DNA of 63,419 nt, counting the filler, from Thraustochytrium aureum (Eukaryota), in the NCBI GenBank assembly GCA_012862495.1. It is 5 parts of 4 records of this genome, joined end to end, with 100 filler letters (N's around TTAATTAATTAA, not from the genome) between each part and the next. Parts side by side here need not be neighbours in the genome. Positions count along the whole stretch, not along the records: positions 43,768 to 59,795 come from BLSG01000197.1; 4 more parts are not named here. One strand, written 5' to 3'. Positions 45,725-58,113 of this stretch are shown here, piece after piece (positions within the stretch are counted from its first letter, which is position 1; each line of letters opens with the position of its first letter). The notes under the pieces are model-generated. The model ran no database searches, was not told where the DNA came from, and saw only the letters and a list, made by a program, of their open reading frames with translations. Position numbers and translations under genes: made by a program.

Positions 45725-48700
45725 TTATCGTTTGGCGCTTGGCGGTGGGAGCGCGTAGCGATCCTGGGCCGGCGCCGCGCCGGAGTGGCGCGAGACGGAG
45801 GCCGCGACCTTGGCGTCGCGCTGCGCGACCTGCGCCTGGGCGCCTCCGTCGAGCTCCTTTGGACGATAGTAGTGCGGCGCGATCTCCACCAGCCACGGCG
45901 CCTCCACTTCGATTACCTCGCGCATGTACTCTTGCTTGGTGAATTGCAGCTGGTGGTACAGGAGGTACTTGGGCTTGGGCTCGAGCTTGTACAACATGCT
46001 CGAGGGGTGGAGGTGCACAACCTGCGAGTTCTTGACGGTCTTGTACGAGCCGTCCTTCTGCAGCTTGGCCACGTGGTAAAAGTAGCCCGCCGTGATGGCC
46101 TTGCGCACCGCGCGAGAGTCCTCGCTCGAGCGCTTGTCCAGCTCGACGCGGTCTGCGAGGTCCGAAAGCTGCTCGCGGATGTCGCGCGCACGCCGCATGC
46201 TCCGTATCTGCACATAGTTTTCGTAGCACCACTGCGTGCTAAAGTTGGTCTCGCGCCACTGCTCAAACACGTTGAGCAGCGCCATGTGGTCACCACCGGC
46301 GCCTTTGCCGCGCCCGAACGCGGCCTTGGCGGCCTCAGCATGCACCTTTTTGTCCTTGGGCGCGTAGAACACTGCGCCGCCACAGTCGAGCATCGCGCTG
46401 ATCGTAAGCACCTGCTCGACGCACTCGTACTTTTCCGCGGCGAGGAGCATCTTGGAGAGCATCGGGTCTGCCGGGAATTCCGCCATGCGCCGGCCGAGCT
46501 TGGTCAGCTCGGCCTTGTCGTTGAGGGCGCCAAGGGCGTAAAGCAGCTCGAGGCACTTGACCAAGGTCTCGGCCGGCGGCGGGTCCATCCACTCAAAGCC
46601 CACCAAGTCGTGGATCCCGAGTGACTTTAGCATCAGCACGACGCTGGCAAGGTTGGTGCGCTGGATCTCTGGCGTGGTGGTCTCTTCGAGCTCGTGCTTG
46701 AACGACCAGGCAGTGAACAAGCGAAAGCACTTGCCAGGGGCTGTGCGGCCCGCGCGGCCGGCGCGCTGCATAGCGCCCGCCTTTGAAACCGGCGTGACCT
46801 GGAGCGAGTCCATGCCAGTGCGCGGGTTGTAGCTGGTCTGCTTGCAAAAGCCCGTGTCCACCACGAAGCAGATGCCGTCGATCGTCAGCGAGGTCTCGGC
46901 GATGTTGGTCGCAAGGACGACCTTGCGAGCCCCGCGCGGGGTCGGCGCGAAAACCTTGGCCTGCTCTTCTGACGGCAGACTGGCGTAAATGGGGCAAATG
47001 ATCAGCTCAGCGATGCGACTGCCAAGCCCTCGCGTGCGCTCCTGCAGCAGCTCGCGGCCGGCCTCGATCTCCTCCTGCCCAGTCAAAAAGATGAGGATGT
47101 CGCCTGGTGGCTGAGTTACGTGGATTTGCAACGTCGTCGCCACCGCAGCGGCCAAGTAGTCGGCTTCTGGGGCACGCGTGTACAGGACCTCGACCGGGTG
47201 CATCCTGCCGGGGATGTTGAAAATCGGCGCCCCACCAAAGTATGCCGAAAACTTTTGCGCATCCAGTGTCGCACTCGCAATGATGAGCCGCAGGTCTCGC
47301 CGGTATCGCGCGATGTCCTTGAGCAGCCCGAAAAGGATGTCCGTGTTGAGCGTGCGCTCATGCGCTTCGTCGATCATCATCACGCTATAGTCGGCGAGGT
47401 CTGGCGCAGTGAGGAACTCGCGCAACAGCATCCCGTCCGTCATGTACTTGATTAATGTGCGCTCTGACGTGCAGTCCTCGAAGCGCACGGCGTAACCGAC
47501 CTCACTGCCAAGTTTGGTCCCCGTCTCCTGGGCGACACGCGCTGCCACGCTCATCGCTGCAACGCGTCGTGGCTGCGTGCATCCGATGCGCCCCAAGGCC
47601 GAGTACCCTTCTTCCTTGAGGTACTGCGGTATCTGCGTCGTTTTCCCCGACCCCGTCTCTCCCACAACGACCAGGATCTGGTTGTCCTTGATCGCTTGCA
47701 AGAGCTCAGCGCGGTGCCCAAAGATTGGCAGCGAAGCACGGACTTCCTTCATGGACAATGCCGCATGTCCCGCGCTCGGTGCGCCCCCGGCGTCTTGTTG
47801 AGGAGGTCGATCGTCGTCGCCCCCGGTCTCGCAGTTGCGGCGCGCCTCGACCTGTCCGCGTGAGCGCGTTCTGCTCTCCTTGTCTTTGTCGATAACCTCA
47901 CGCGAGACAAACTCAATTTCGTCCTCGAAGACGAGATCATACCCGTCTGCGCCGCCTCCCGGCTGCGTTGCGGATCCGCCAGGCCCGCCCGATTGTCGAC
48001 TCGCTCGTGGTGCCTGGCTCGCTGCGAGTCGTGTTTGCTGCTCCTCCCACTCTTGGATCTCCGTCTTGGCCTTGCCGGGCTGCTCCTCCTCGTACCGGCG
48101 CTGCAGGAGCTGTTGCTTTCGGCTGGCATCGAGGCGGCCCGCGTCGTCTTCGTAGGCATCTGGAAGGACGTAAAAGTCACCCTTCGCCTCGCGGTCCACC
48201 TCCTTCCGGCGATCGATGAGCGCTTTGAGCCGCTTGCGGGCCTCCAAGTCGCGGCGCTCGCGCTCGGTCAGCTCGACGCCTTGAAACGCCGTCTCCTCGT
48301 GCTGGATCATCGCCTCCAGCAACCTCGCCTCGCGCTCCTCGCGTTTCTTTAAGTAGACGTACCGCGACTCTTTTCGGAGCTCGTCCACGGAGAACTCGGC
48401 GCGCAGTCGGTCGCTCTCGTCGACCGCATTTTTTTCATTCGCGTCTGCCTTTTCTTGGGCCCGCTCTTTGGCGCGCTTTCGGAGGCGCTCGCTTTCTTCG
48501 CGGCCCTGTTCGCCCGTGCCGACAAACTCTTGGTACTCGCGGAGCTGCCGTTCATACTCTGTCTCGTCCGGCGGCGGCGGCGCGCGCTCGGGATTCGCGG
48601 CGGTTGCCTGGGTGGACCCTCCATCCTGCGCGCTGGCAAGGCCATCGCCTGCAGGAGCGGCTCTGCTGCTTGCGGCAAGGTTGGCAGAATCGCCTTGGTC

Positions 48701-49129
48701 TGAGTCGACGTCGTCGGACCAGCCCCCAGCTGACGCCTCGCGAAACTCTTCCTGCCGGCGCTCGCGCCTGTTGCGCTTGCGCTCCTTTCTATCTTTGCGG
48801 GGCTTGCTGCCTTCAGACTCGCGTGGGCGGCTCTTGCTGCCTTCTTCCTCGCGTGGGCGGCTCTTGCGCTTGCTTGAGCCGCTGTTGGCCGCGTCCTGCT
48901 GCTTGGCAGAGTGGTCAACTTGGTCCTCGACGAGCCGGTACTGCCGCGAGGCACGGACCAGGTCGGCGTTGGATCGCCCTTGGGCCGGCGCGCTTGAGCT
49001 GGCGCCTCGGCCAGCCCTCTGCACGAGCTCTTGTGCAAACGCTCTCGTTGCCTGAGAGTTGGGCAGGTCCGCCCGCACTAGTCGCTCGAAAGCGTAACCT
49101 GCCGAGCTCGCGTTCGCCGCAAGCGCCAT
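45725..49129 (-). CDS. DHX16: Pre-mRNA splicing DEAH-box helicase Prp2/DHX16 (5' end in gap)
   Basis: [32 protein letters not shown] and QRAGRAGR, plus the DHX16-type [11 protein letters not shown]-terminal region. Confidence 0.93.
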   Translation of the reverse strand: MALAANASSAGYAFERLVRADLPNSQATRAFAQELVQRAGRGASSSAPAQGRSNADLVRASRQYRLVEDQVDHSAKQQDAANSGSSKRKSRPREEEGSKSRPRESEGSKPRKDRKERKRNRRERRQEEFREASAGGWSDDVDSDQGDSANLAASSRAAPAGDGLASAQDGGSTQATAANPERAPPPPDETEYERQLREYQEFVGTGEQGREESERLRKRAKERAQEKADANEKNAVDESDRLRAEFSVDELRKESRYVYLKKREEREARLLEAMIQHEETAFQGVELTERERRDLEARKRLKALIDRRKEVDREAKGDFYVLPDAYEDDAGRLDASRKQQLLQRRYEEEQPGKAKTEIQEWEEQQTRLAASQAPRASRQSGGPGGSATQPGGGADGYDLVFEDEIEFVSREVIDKDKESRTRSRGQVEARRNCETGGDDDRPPQQDAGGAPSAGHAALSMKEVRASLPIFGHRAELLQAIKDNQILVVVGETGSGKTTQIPQYLKEEGYSALGRIGCTQPRRVAAMSVAARVAQETGTKLGSEVGYAVRFEDCTSERTLIKYMTDGMLLREFLTAPDLADYSVMMIDEAHERTLNTDILFGLLKDIARYRRDLRLIIASATLDAQKFSAYFGGAPIFNIPGRMHPVEVLYTRAPEADYLAAAVATTLQIHVTQPPGDILIFLTGQEEIEAGRELLQERTRGLGSRIAELIICPIYASLPSEEQAKVFAPTPRGARKVVLATNIAETSLTIDGICFVVDTGFCKQTSYNPRTGMDSLQVTPVSKAGAMQRAGRAGRTAPGKCFRLFTAWSFKHELEETTTPEIQRTNLASVVLMLKSLGIHDLVGFEWMDPPPAETLVKCLELLYALGALNDKAELTKLGRRMAEFPADPMLSKMLLAAEKYECVEQVLTISAMLDCGGAVFYAPKDKKVHAEAAKAAFGRGKGAGGDHMALLNVFEQWRETNFSTQWCYENYVQIRSMRRARDIREQLSDLADRVELDKRSSEDSRAVRKAITAGYFYHVAKLQKDGSYKTVKNSQVVHLHPSSMLYKLEPKPKYLLYHQLQFTKQEYMREVIEVEAPWLVEIAPHYYRPKELDGGAQAQVAQRDAKVAASVSRHSGAAPAQDRYALPPPSAKR

Positions 49130-49486
49130 NNNNNNNNNNNNNNNNNNNNNNNNNNNNNNNNNNNNNNNNNNNNNNNNNNNNNNNNNNNNNNNNNNNNNNN
49201 NNNNNNNNNNNNNNNNNNNNNNNNNNNNNNNNNNNNNNNNNNNNNNNNNNNNNNNNNNNNNNNNNNNNNNNNNNNNNNNNNNNNNNNNNNNNNNNNNNNN
49301 NNNNNNNNNNNNNNNNNNNNNNNNNNNNNNNNNNNNNNNNNNNNNNNNNNNNNNNNNNNNNNNNNNNNNNNNNNNNNNNNNNNNNNNNNNNNNNNNNNNN
49401 NNNNNNNNNNNNNNNNNNNNNNNNNNNNNNNNNNNNNNNNNNNNNNGCAGGAAGAAGAGGGATCGTGCGACTTGCGGCAGGTGGCC

Positions 49487-50201
49487 ATGGTGCGTTAGTG
49501 CTGGCGCGAAAGGGTCGCGGCGGGCGGCGTGTGCTAATGATGCGGGTGGGCGGGCGCAGGCGAATCAAGCCCAGAAGAAGCGCGAGGCCAAGGCCAGGGC
49601 GCTCGTGAGGTACTTTGGGCTGGCGCTTGCTCTGGTGAACGTTGCCTACTTTGCGTGCCAGTTCGTGCTCTTTGAGGAGCCGGAGGAGGGAGTCTGGAAG
49701 AGCGCGGCGATTCATACAGTGCTCTCGGGTGCGCTGTTCTACCAGGTGGTGTCTTGCGAACGTCAAGGGTTTGACTACGAGTACGTTTTGCGCTGCCCTC
49801 GCTTGTTCGGGTCGCGGCGCCGCAGGTGCTTGGCTGACCTGCTTGGGAGCGGGCACTTTCAGTTACTACTTTGATGCGCTCGTCCTCAACATCGCGGTGC
49901 AGGCCATGTCGCTCTACTCGGCCAAGGCTTGGTACCTGTTCTACATCGTGAGTTTTTCCAGCTGGCCGCGGCGGCAGTTCCCGCCGTGAAGCTAGCACTG
50001 TGCATGACGTTTGCTTACTCTCTCTCTCTGCCGCAGATCCCCGCCTTTCTGGTTTTCAAGGTCGGCAAGTTTGCCAAGGGGTACATGTTCCCAGGCCAGG
50101 AGCCCGCTGCCCCTCCGTCGGAGGAAGAGCTGGCCCGGGCAGCCAAAAAGGAGCGCAAGGTGGAGCGGCGCCAAGCGCGCGGCGGCGTCGCGGTCCGTTA
50201 G
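49487..50201 (+). CDS. TMEM208: TMEM208/SND2 (DUF788); introns 49490-49559, 49781-49862, 49948-50036
   Basis: Spliced product M-ANQAQKKR...DYYFD...AWYLFYI-IPAFLVFK...KKERKVER. Three GT-AG introns restore the frame. Confidence 0.85.
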
Positions 50202-51151
50202 AGAGCGTGCGGGCAGGGCGCGCGCTTGCGCTTCTGAGGCTACAACTGAAAAAGGTCGGCATCGCAAGAAAGACAGGCTTGCGTCGAGCGAAGCGCCGCA
50301 GCGTGCTCTTCAGGGTCCAAGGTGCATGCGCTGTGCCAAATCATGGCGGTCTTTTTCTTTGATCAAGCGGGCGGCCCCAGGTGGGGGAGCACCGCTTGGC
50401 TAGCTCAAGTACTCAGCCCGCGCTGCCTACCACGTATGACTCGGTTGCAACCAAAGGACTTTCAACAGCTAGCTCCCGGGCACTGCTTGAAGCCCCCCCT
50501 CCTCGCTGACCCTCTCTGAAGGGTCCGTGCTGGTGCGTGCTTGTTTCTCTCGGAAGGCTCCAGGCCCTGAACATCGCCTCGAAGTCGCCTTGTTTCCGCC
50601 CTTTTGGCAGATTCAGCTCGACGGGCATCCTCGCAGTCGGCGCCCATGCTTGTGCATTTAAAGATCTGCCCTGACGCGTCCAGCGTCGGCCCGCGGCGAA
50701 CAGAGTTGGCCTGTGCGCCGGACTTGCGGGAACCTACTCCATCGCCCGCATCGAGGTCATCCACGACGATGTCGAAGGCCTGGCCGGACACCGAACAAAA
50801 CGATCAGCGCCCAAGCCTGTCGTGTTGGATGGGCTGCTGTGGCGCGCACAGCCAGACCGAGACCGAGTTGAGCCGGCGCGGTACCGACCTGGGAGCTGGA
50901 CTTGCAACCCGCGCNNNNNNNNNNNNNNNNNNNNNNNNNNNNNNNNNNNNNNNNNNNNNNNNNNNNNNNNNNNNNNNNNNNNNNNNNNNNNNNNNNNNNN
51001 NNNNNNNNNNNNNNNNNNNNNNNNNNNNNNNNNNNNNNNNNNNNNNNNNNNNNNNNNNNNNNNNNNNNNNNNNNNNNNNNNNNNNNNNNNNNNNNNNNNN
51101 NNNNNNNNNNNNNNNNNNNNNNNNNNNNNNNNNNNGGAGAAGAAGGTCGAG

Positions 51152-52428
51152 ATGGAGATTCTGAAGGCTGTGCAGGCGACCTCGTAAGTCGGTAGGCGTC
51201 GGAAGGCGTTGGAAGGCGTTGGAAGGCGTCAGAAGGCGTCAGAAGGCGTCGGAAGACTTGTGCGTCGGAAGGCTTGTCGTCGGAAGGCTTGTGCGTCGAG
51301 CAGAGGCGTGCACGACCGCGGTTGGGGCACTAGATTTGGATGGAAATGATGAACTAACTGGACGCGTCTGCGCTGTGAACGCCCTGCAGCGACGACGCTG
51401 CGGTGAGCAAGCTCTCCGCCAAAGTGAAAGGCTATTATGAGGACGACTTTATCGAAATTTTCGTCGGCAAGGCCGCCAAGCGGTCCCCTCTGATCAACCG
51501 AGGGTACTATGCGCGCGTCAAGGCCATGGACACGGTCGTGCAACGGTTCGTGAGCTGCGCAGGCGCTCGCGCGCAGGTCGTAGCGCTCGGGGCTGGGAGC
51601 GACACGACATTCTTCCGTTTGAAAAAGAACAACGCAGCTCCAGCAAAGTACGTCGAAGTCGACCTGCGCGGCGTTTTGCTCAAGAAGCTCAAGGTCCTGG
51701 CCGAACACGAGCATGTACGAAATCTTGCGGGCGTTTCGCTAGACGACGTAACGCTGTCGCGCGTGGCCTGCCGCAGGCTATGCTCCAGTCGAGCGACTAT
51801 GCCCTCGCCTGTGTCGATCTCCGCGACACACAGAGCTTGGAGAGCGTGCTGAGGAGGGTAGAGGGGTTTTGACTTTGGCGCGCCTACATTGCTGGTGTCC
51901 GAGTGCGTGCTTTGCTACGTGGACCCACTCTCCTCAGGCAAGCTGCTGTTGTGGGCACGCGAAGCGTTCGCTGCTGTCGCGTTCGTCACGTACGAGCAGA
52001 TTCTTCCGGACGACGCGTTCGGGCGCACGATGCTGGGCCACTTCGAGTCGCGCGGGTGCCCGCTCCTCGCGATACGCTCCTTCCCCGACCTCGATGCGCA
52101 GCGCAATCGATTCGCCGCGCTTGGCTTTGGTCAGGTGGAAGCACTCGACATGAACGACGTTTACTACAAGTGCCTCGACAGAGATGACTTGCGCCGAGCA
52201 GAGAGGCTTGAGATTTTCGACGAGTTTGAAGAGTGGCACCTCATGCAAGCCCATTATTGCGTCGTCCTGGCGGTGAACGATACGACCGGATCAGAGGGCT
52301 GCCCTGGCGTACTTGGCTCGCTCCGGCTTCAGCCGCGATCTACCGACGAGTCGGCGCCAGGGGCACCAGGCGCGCCAGTCAGGCCCGTGACAGTCTCGAG
52401 CAACGGGAATGCCCCGACGCTCCCCTAG
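51152..52428 (+). CDS. LCMT1: Leucine carboxyl methyltransferase 1 (PPM1); intron 51184-51389, frameshift ~51760
   Basis: AVQATS-DDAAVSKLSA..GY, PLINRGYYAR, QVVALGAGSDT, LVSECVLCY and FDEFEEW..HY. Confidence 0.92.
51191..51297 (+). repeat. GGAAGGCGTY decamer tandem array inside the LCMT1 intron
   Basis: Six 10-mers followed by three 15-16-nt variants. Confidence 0.9.
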
Positions 52429-52724
52429 CTTGCGAAAGAATGTGCCGTATTATCTTTTCTTGGCCTGGGCTGTGGGCTGGCTCGCGCTTGTTCTGCTGAG
52501 ACAATCGAGACAAAGACAGAGAGGAGGCGGGTGGCTTTGCTGGCCTGACTTGGGCGACTGACTCTCCAGAGTACCTTCGCTGCTTGCGCAACTGCGCGAG
52601 AGGCCACGAGCGGCCTGCCTGCTGATGGCAGGTGGAGCTGTGAGCGCGAGCTATTTCCCCGTTCGGCCACAGGAGCGGCAAGAGTGTTGCCAGCGTTGGC
52701 AAAGCCAGACGCGGAACGTTTTAA

Positions 52725-52829
52725 TTGCTTGGCTACTTGAAGGGAAAGGGGCGTGCTCTTGCTTGCAAGACCTTTGCTTGGCTACTTGAAGGGGGCGTGC
52801 TCTTGCTTGCAAGACCTTTGCTTGGCTAC
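52725..52829. repeat. ~2.3 copies of a 44-49-bp tandem repeat with TCTTGC/GCAAGA internal inverted repeat
   Basis: TTGCTTGGCTACTTGAAGGG...GCGTGCTCTTGCTTGCAAGACCT is repeated. Confidence 0.9.
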
Positions 52830-53890
52830 AGAGGACCGACCCTTGTTGCGAGGAAGATCGTTAGCCCGTTCAAATCGACTCGAGCCTAGGCCACGGCCAC
52901 GATATTCAATCATCACTTGACCTTGTTTACCGGTATGTACCAACAGTGGAGTAGCCGACAGTGGAGTACGCGCGTACTCCGCTCTCTCTAGCTNNNNNNN
53001 NNNNNNNNNNNNNNNNNNNNNNNNNNNNNNNNNNNNNNNNNNNNNNNNNNNNNNNNNNNNNNNNNNNNNNNNNNNNNNNNNNNNNNNNNNNNNNNNNNNN
53101 NNNNNNNNNNNNNNNNNNNNNNNNNNNNNNNNNNNNNNNNNNNNNNNNNNNNNNNNNNNNNNNNNNNNNNNNNNNNNNNNNNNNNNNNNNNNNNNNNNNN
53201 NNNNNNNNNNNNNNNNNNNNNNNNNNNNNNNNNNNNNNNNNNNNNNNNNNNNNNNNNNNNNNNNNNNNNNNNNNNNNNNNNCACGCGTGTGCGAAGGAGC
53301 GTCGGTTGCTCTGCAAACGACAGCTCGCTCCGAGCCTCGCGATAGCGCAACGAAAGTCTGTCTCGAGCTTGAGGGGTTGTAGCAAAAGCCCTTGAAGAGC
53401 TGCAGAGTCGCCGCAGAGCACGGGTGTTCACCACTTCCGGGCTCCGACGCGACCGCCACGGCCTTCAACGTGAGCCACCCGCCAGCGAATCCGTCGGTCG
53501 CTCCGAGCCAGCCAAAGGCGGCGGAGAGCGACCTTGTCGACGTTGTTGCGTTCATGATAGTGTTCAAGATGTTTGCGAAGCACAACCTGAACGCCTTTGG
53601 GACAACGCCGGACCGATCGGAAGGGAGTAAATACTCGCCCACGATAGAGTCGGAGGGACTCCAAGCTGTCGCTGGGTCTGCAAGCAAGGAGCTGGGCACC
53701 GGCTTTTTAAATTCCCTTCAACATCACACGCGTCGGCGGCGACAGCGCACAAACGAACGAGTGCGCGCCAAGCCCATAAGGAAACCCGTGAGGTTTGCGC
53801 ACAGCCCAGCCCGAAACCGAAACCAAACCCGGAAACGAACCCGCGCAGAGAGGCGCTCCCGGTTACTTCCAAAGCGATCCACCGAGCCCC

Positions 53891-55523
53891 TTATGAGGCC
53901 ACCGTCCCCGCGGCAGTACCCTGTCCCGGGCCGCCGCTACCGCCCGGCTGCAACTGTGACGCTGGCGGCTGCCCCGACGCGCCGCCACCCTCTGCGGTAA
54001 TGCTGAAGAGCGCGCTACTCTGCATGAAACCATTCGCAAGGGTCGCTGCAGCCGCGCTGTTGGTAAACAAGCGGCGCTCCCACGTCTGCACGTCAAAGTA
54101 GAGGTAGTCGGCCTGCACCTGCTGCTGCTGCTGGTCGGCACCGTCCTTGCCGTTTGCAGGCGCAAACCACACCTTGTGATCCTTGTGGTACCGCCAGCCG
54201 CGATTGTACAGCTCCTGCGCCGCAAGCACCTGCGCAACGTCGCGCGGCATTGCGTAAAACACGTAAAAGAGGGACTCAAACTGCAGCTGCGCAAAAAGCT
54301 CCGGCTTGAGCGTCGTTTTGGGCGACTGCCCAGCTGCCTTGGCGATATTGTAACAGGAGGGCAGCTGGAACTGCGGCTCGCGCGACGAGGCCCGGTCGGA
54401 CCACGGAGACGCAAACGATGTGTGCAGCGACTCTGACGAGTTGAGGTTGAGCCCCAGCGAAGTCAAGTCTGTCCCAAGCGAGAGGACGCTGCGGTCGGCG
54501 TCCTCCATCCGAATCACGCTCAGAAGGCCCAGCAGGCCGTACTGTTGCTCAGGTGGCAATATTGTCCTCTTCTTGCTGCCAGCAGGTTTGCCGTTTCCTT
54601 GTCCGATGCTGCTGCCCCCGCCGGGCTTCATTGGATCGCTGCCCTGTGGTGCCCCAGAGAGCGAGGACATGCCCAATATCGGGTTGTTTCCTACCCCGCT
54701 GCCGATCCCGCTGCTCTCGAACCCGTTTTGCTGTTGCTGTTGCTGCTGCTGCTGCGGCGGCCGTCTGGGGGCTTGCTGCAGCTGATGCTGGGGCAAATAA
54801 AACTGCTGTTGTTGCTGCTGAGATTGCTGTTGCCTGTAAAACGGTGGCCCACCTGGCTGGCTGCCCTGCTGCTGCTGCTGCTGCTGCTGCTGTGACCTGC
54901 CAATGCTGCCCAATCGACTGAGTTGGTCAGCGATATCCCCGGAGGCAGAGCCTGCCCCGCCAAGCGCAGGGAAATCTTCGTTCTGCATGTTGAAGTCGCT
55001 CTGTCGCTGCCCCAATCCTATCGGGTAGCTCCCCACTCCTGGCCCTTGCGACGACCCGTCGCCGCGATTCTGGGCCAAGGCTGGAAAATCTGACACGTCG
55101 AACGGTGCCGAGCCGTCCAACGCACCTGGGAGCCGCGTTCCGTAGCTGCTCGAACCTGACCTGCTCATCATGACGGCAGACCCGCCCAAGTGCTGACCCA
55201 TCATGCCTGTCTCGCCCGCGAGGCCGGAGGAGTGCAGTCTGAGTCATTCCATTCCAAGCGCAAATGTGCGTCAGCGATTGACCCTGCGTCGCCCGCCATT
55301 CAAATACTTGACCAAAAAACACCAGCAGGTGCACGGCACGGCAGACTGCCCGACAAATAACTTACCCTGAGACGGACCGCGGAAGGTACGCGCCACCTCC
55401 CATCCCTGCGTCGTGCATGGGCATGCCCATCTGTCCGGAATACCTGTTGCTTGCGCTGCCAAGCATCTGCTGTTGTTGCTGTTGGTCGCCCATGCCCATT
55501 TGCATGCGCTGCTGGCTCTGCAT
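53891..55523 (-). CDS. CNOT2: CCR4-NOT subunit NOT2; probable intron 55239-55365
   Basis: DFPAL motifs, YGLLGLLSVIRM, LGTDLTSLGLNLNS, FASPW and LFYVFYAMPRD..ELYNRGWRYHK. Confidence 0.92.
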
Positions 55524-56763
55524 GACGCCTGATCAACCGCCGCGCGTCAGCAACCCAGCCCACCTCCCCACCCCGTCCGTCCGTCCGTCCGTCCGCCGCC
55601 GCCGCTCGGCCGCACTTTAATCTTTATTTCAAACGCTGTCGCGCCGCAGCCACCACTCACCACTCGGATCAAAGGCAACCCCGCCAGCGCTCCCAAACCG
55701 CTGCTTGCCGGCGTCCANNNNNNNNNNNNNNNNNNNNNNNNNNNNNNNNNNNNNNNNNNNNNNNNNNNNNNNNNNNNNNNNNNNNNNNNNNNNNNNNNNN
55801 NNNNNNNNNNNNNNNNNNNNNNNNNNNNNNNNNNNNNNNNNNNNNNNNNNNNNNNNNNNNNNNNNNNNNNNNNNNNNNNNNNNNNNNNNNNNNNNNNNNN
55901 NNNNNNNNNNNNNNNNNNNNNNNNNNNNNNNNNNNNNNNNNNNNNNNNNNNNNNNNNNNNNNNNNNNNNNNNNNNNNNNNNNNNNNNNNNNNNNNNNNNN
56001 NNNNNNNNNNNNNNNNNNNNNNNNNNNNNNNNNNNNNNNNNNNNNNNNNNNNNNNNNNNNNNNNNNNNNNNNNNNNNNNNNNNNNNNNNNNNNNNNNNNN
56101 NNNNNNNNNNNNNNNNNNNNNNNNNNNNNNNNNNNNNNNNNNNNNNNNNNNNNNNNNNNNNNNNNNNNNNNNNNNNNNNNNNNNNNNNNNNTCTGGCGCT
56201 CTCGCTCTCTCTATCTCTCTCCCTTTGGCCCACCGCCCTCCCCAGCAGCGCTGGAGGCCGGCCCAGCAGCGTGCCCTTGCGGTGTTGTTGTTGGTGATGG
56301 GGCGGGGTATTGCGTACTGCGCGAGTACTGCGTAGGTACTTATACTGTAGTTTGCAACGGTACGTGCTGCGTTCTGGGGCACCGAGGGGCGGGAGTGGTG
56401 CGGGTGGTGGTGCGGGGAGGACAGCGCGCGGGGCGTCCGTCCGTCCGCTCGGCAGTCTGCCCAGCTCGGCCGGCTCGGCGCATCTTGTGACGTGCCACCG
56501 GAGTCGAAATGTGCGACCGAGGAGAGCGGAGAGGAACAAGTGAGCGTTCCGAAAGGTGGCAAGCAACGGCCGGAAGGGACAGCACTGTGACATTGGCGTG
56601 TCGCACGGCGGGAGCCCATTCGTCCATCGATTGGTCGAGCGCGGTGCGACAGGGGTGGGGCCAAGGACGGAGCTTGGACGCTCGGCTCCTGCAAGCTTGG
56701 TTTGGCTCGGCTCGGCTCGGCTCGGCTCGTCTTGGTTGAGGTTCGACAAAGCTGTTGAACGCG

Positions 56764-57960
56764 ATGGCGCCAAGCTGAGCGCGACGCCGAAGTGTGGCAA
56801 GACAGGGACGTGCGGTTTGATGTTTCTGCGCGCGAGTTCCTGTCCCGGGTCGGCGAAGTTGATATCGATGCAATCAACTCGGTCGAGGACACGAAAGGGA
56901 ACAACGGGGTGCGAGGGAGGCCTTTCGGTGAGCAACCTGCGCTTGCGGTGGGTCTCGCACAAGTCCATCAAGGTCAACCTCAGTAAGTGCCCGTTTGCGT
57001 GCCATGCTCGGGCCAATATGTGCCGCTAGCGCCCCACGACGCGGCCACACTGACAAGGGTTGCGGCCGCGACAGGCATCGGATTCAACTGCATCAACACA
57101 CTCCGCATCCGCAAAGCCCAGTCCAAACTGCGCGGCGTGACACAAGCTCTATTTGTGATGGCCCTGCACGAAGGCACGCGGTACGAGTTCATCTTTACCT
57201 CGCTGGTCAGCTCGAGCCCGCGGCTCTTCACAACCGTGCAAGCCGTTTTCAGGGCCTATGAGACGAGCCGCCTGTATCGCGAGCTCAAGCTCCGGGGGGC
57301 CATTATCAAAGACCAGGCCTCAAGACGCTGCCAGACGAGGAGATCCTCGAGAAGATCACTGGCGTGTGGAATCTGTCGTCCGACCAAGGCAACTTGGGCA
57401 CCTTTTACATCACCAACATCCGGATCGTTTGGTTTGCCAACCTGGCCAACAACTTTAACGTGAGCGTGCCGTACCTGCAGATCAAGTGCCTGCGGAAAAA
57501 GCACTCCAAGTTCGGAGAGGCCATCGTCGTGGAGACGACCGCGCAAGAGGGCGGCTATGTGCTCGGGTTCCGCGTTGACCCCAAGTCCAAGCTCGACGCC
57601 ACGGTCGAGACCATCGAGCGCCTGCACGAGGTGTTTTCGAAGAACCCCAACTTTGGTGTCGCCTTCTCTTACGACTCGGTGCCCGAGCCACTCTCGCAAG
57701 TTACGGAAAAACGGGTCGAGGAGGATGCTGAAATCGTCGAGGACTACGACGAGTTCATCCCCGCCTCGTTCTCTGCTTTGAAGGGCAGGCAGGCGTATGT
57801 CACGAGGCCACGCCGGCCGACGCGGGCGAAGACGACGGCGAGGGCCAAGGCGGCAAGCCAGTTTTGCCAGTGTACGACAAGCTCCTTGGCTGCGCCGTGC
57901 AGCCGATGGGGCCTGGCTCGACGACCGCGTCATTGTGGTCAATGGTGTCCTCGTGAATAG
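56764..57960 (+). CDS. BBS5: Bardet-Biedl syndrome 5 protein; intron 56983-57074, several frameshifts, 3' end uncertain
   Basis: [41 protein letters not shown] and [14 protein letters not shown]. Confidence 0.93.
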
Positions 57961-58113
57961 CGCGCGGATCTCCTGTCTTGAGAGGCGCGGGAGCATGGTC
58001 TACAGAAAGCTGTGCTTGGATGTTTTTTTATCTTCGTTGATGCTCCCATGTGCAAGCGGCGCGCAACGAGCTAGCTGTGGCGCTTGCAACCAACGCGCAC
58101 TGCCCTGGGGCAG

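Noticed and set aside
50413..50914. Minus-strand gene fragment
   Set aside because: No recognisable motif and inconsistent frames.
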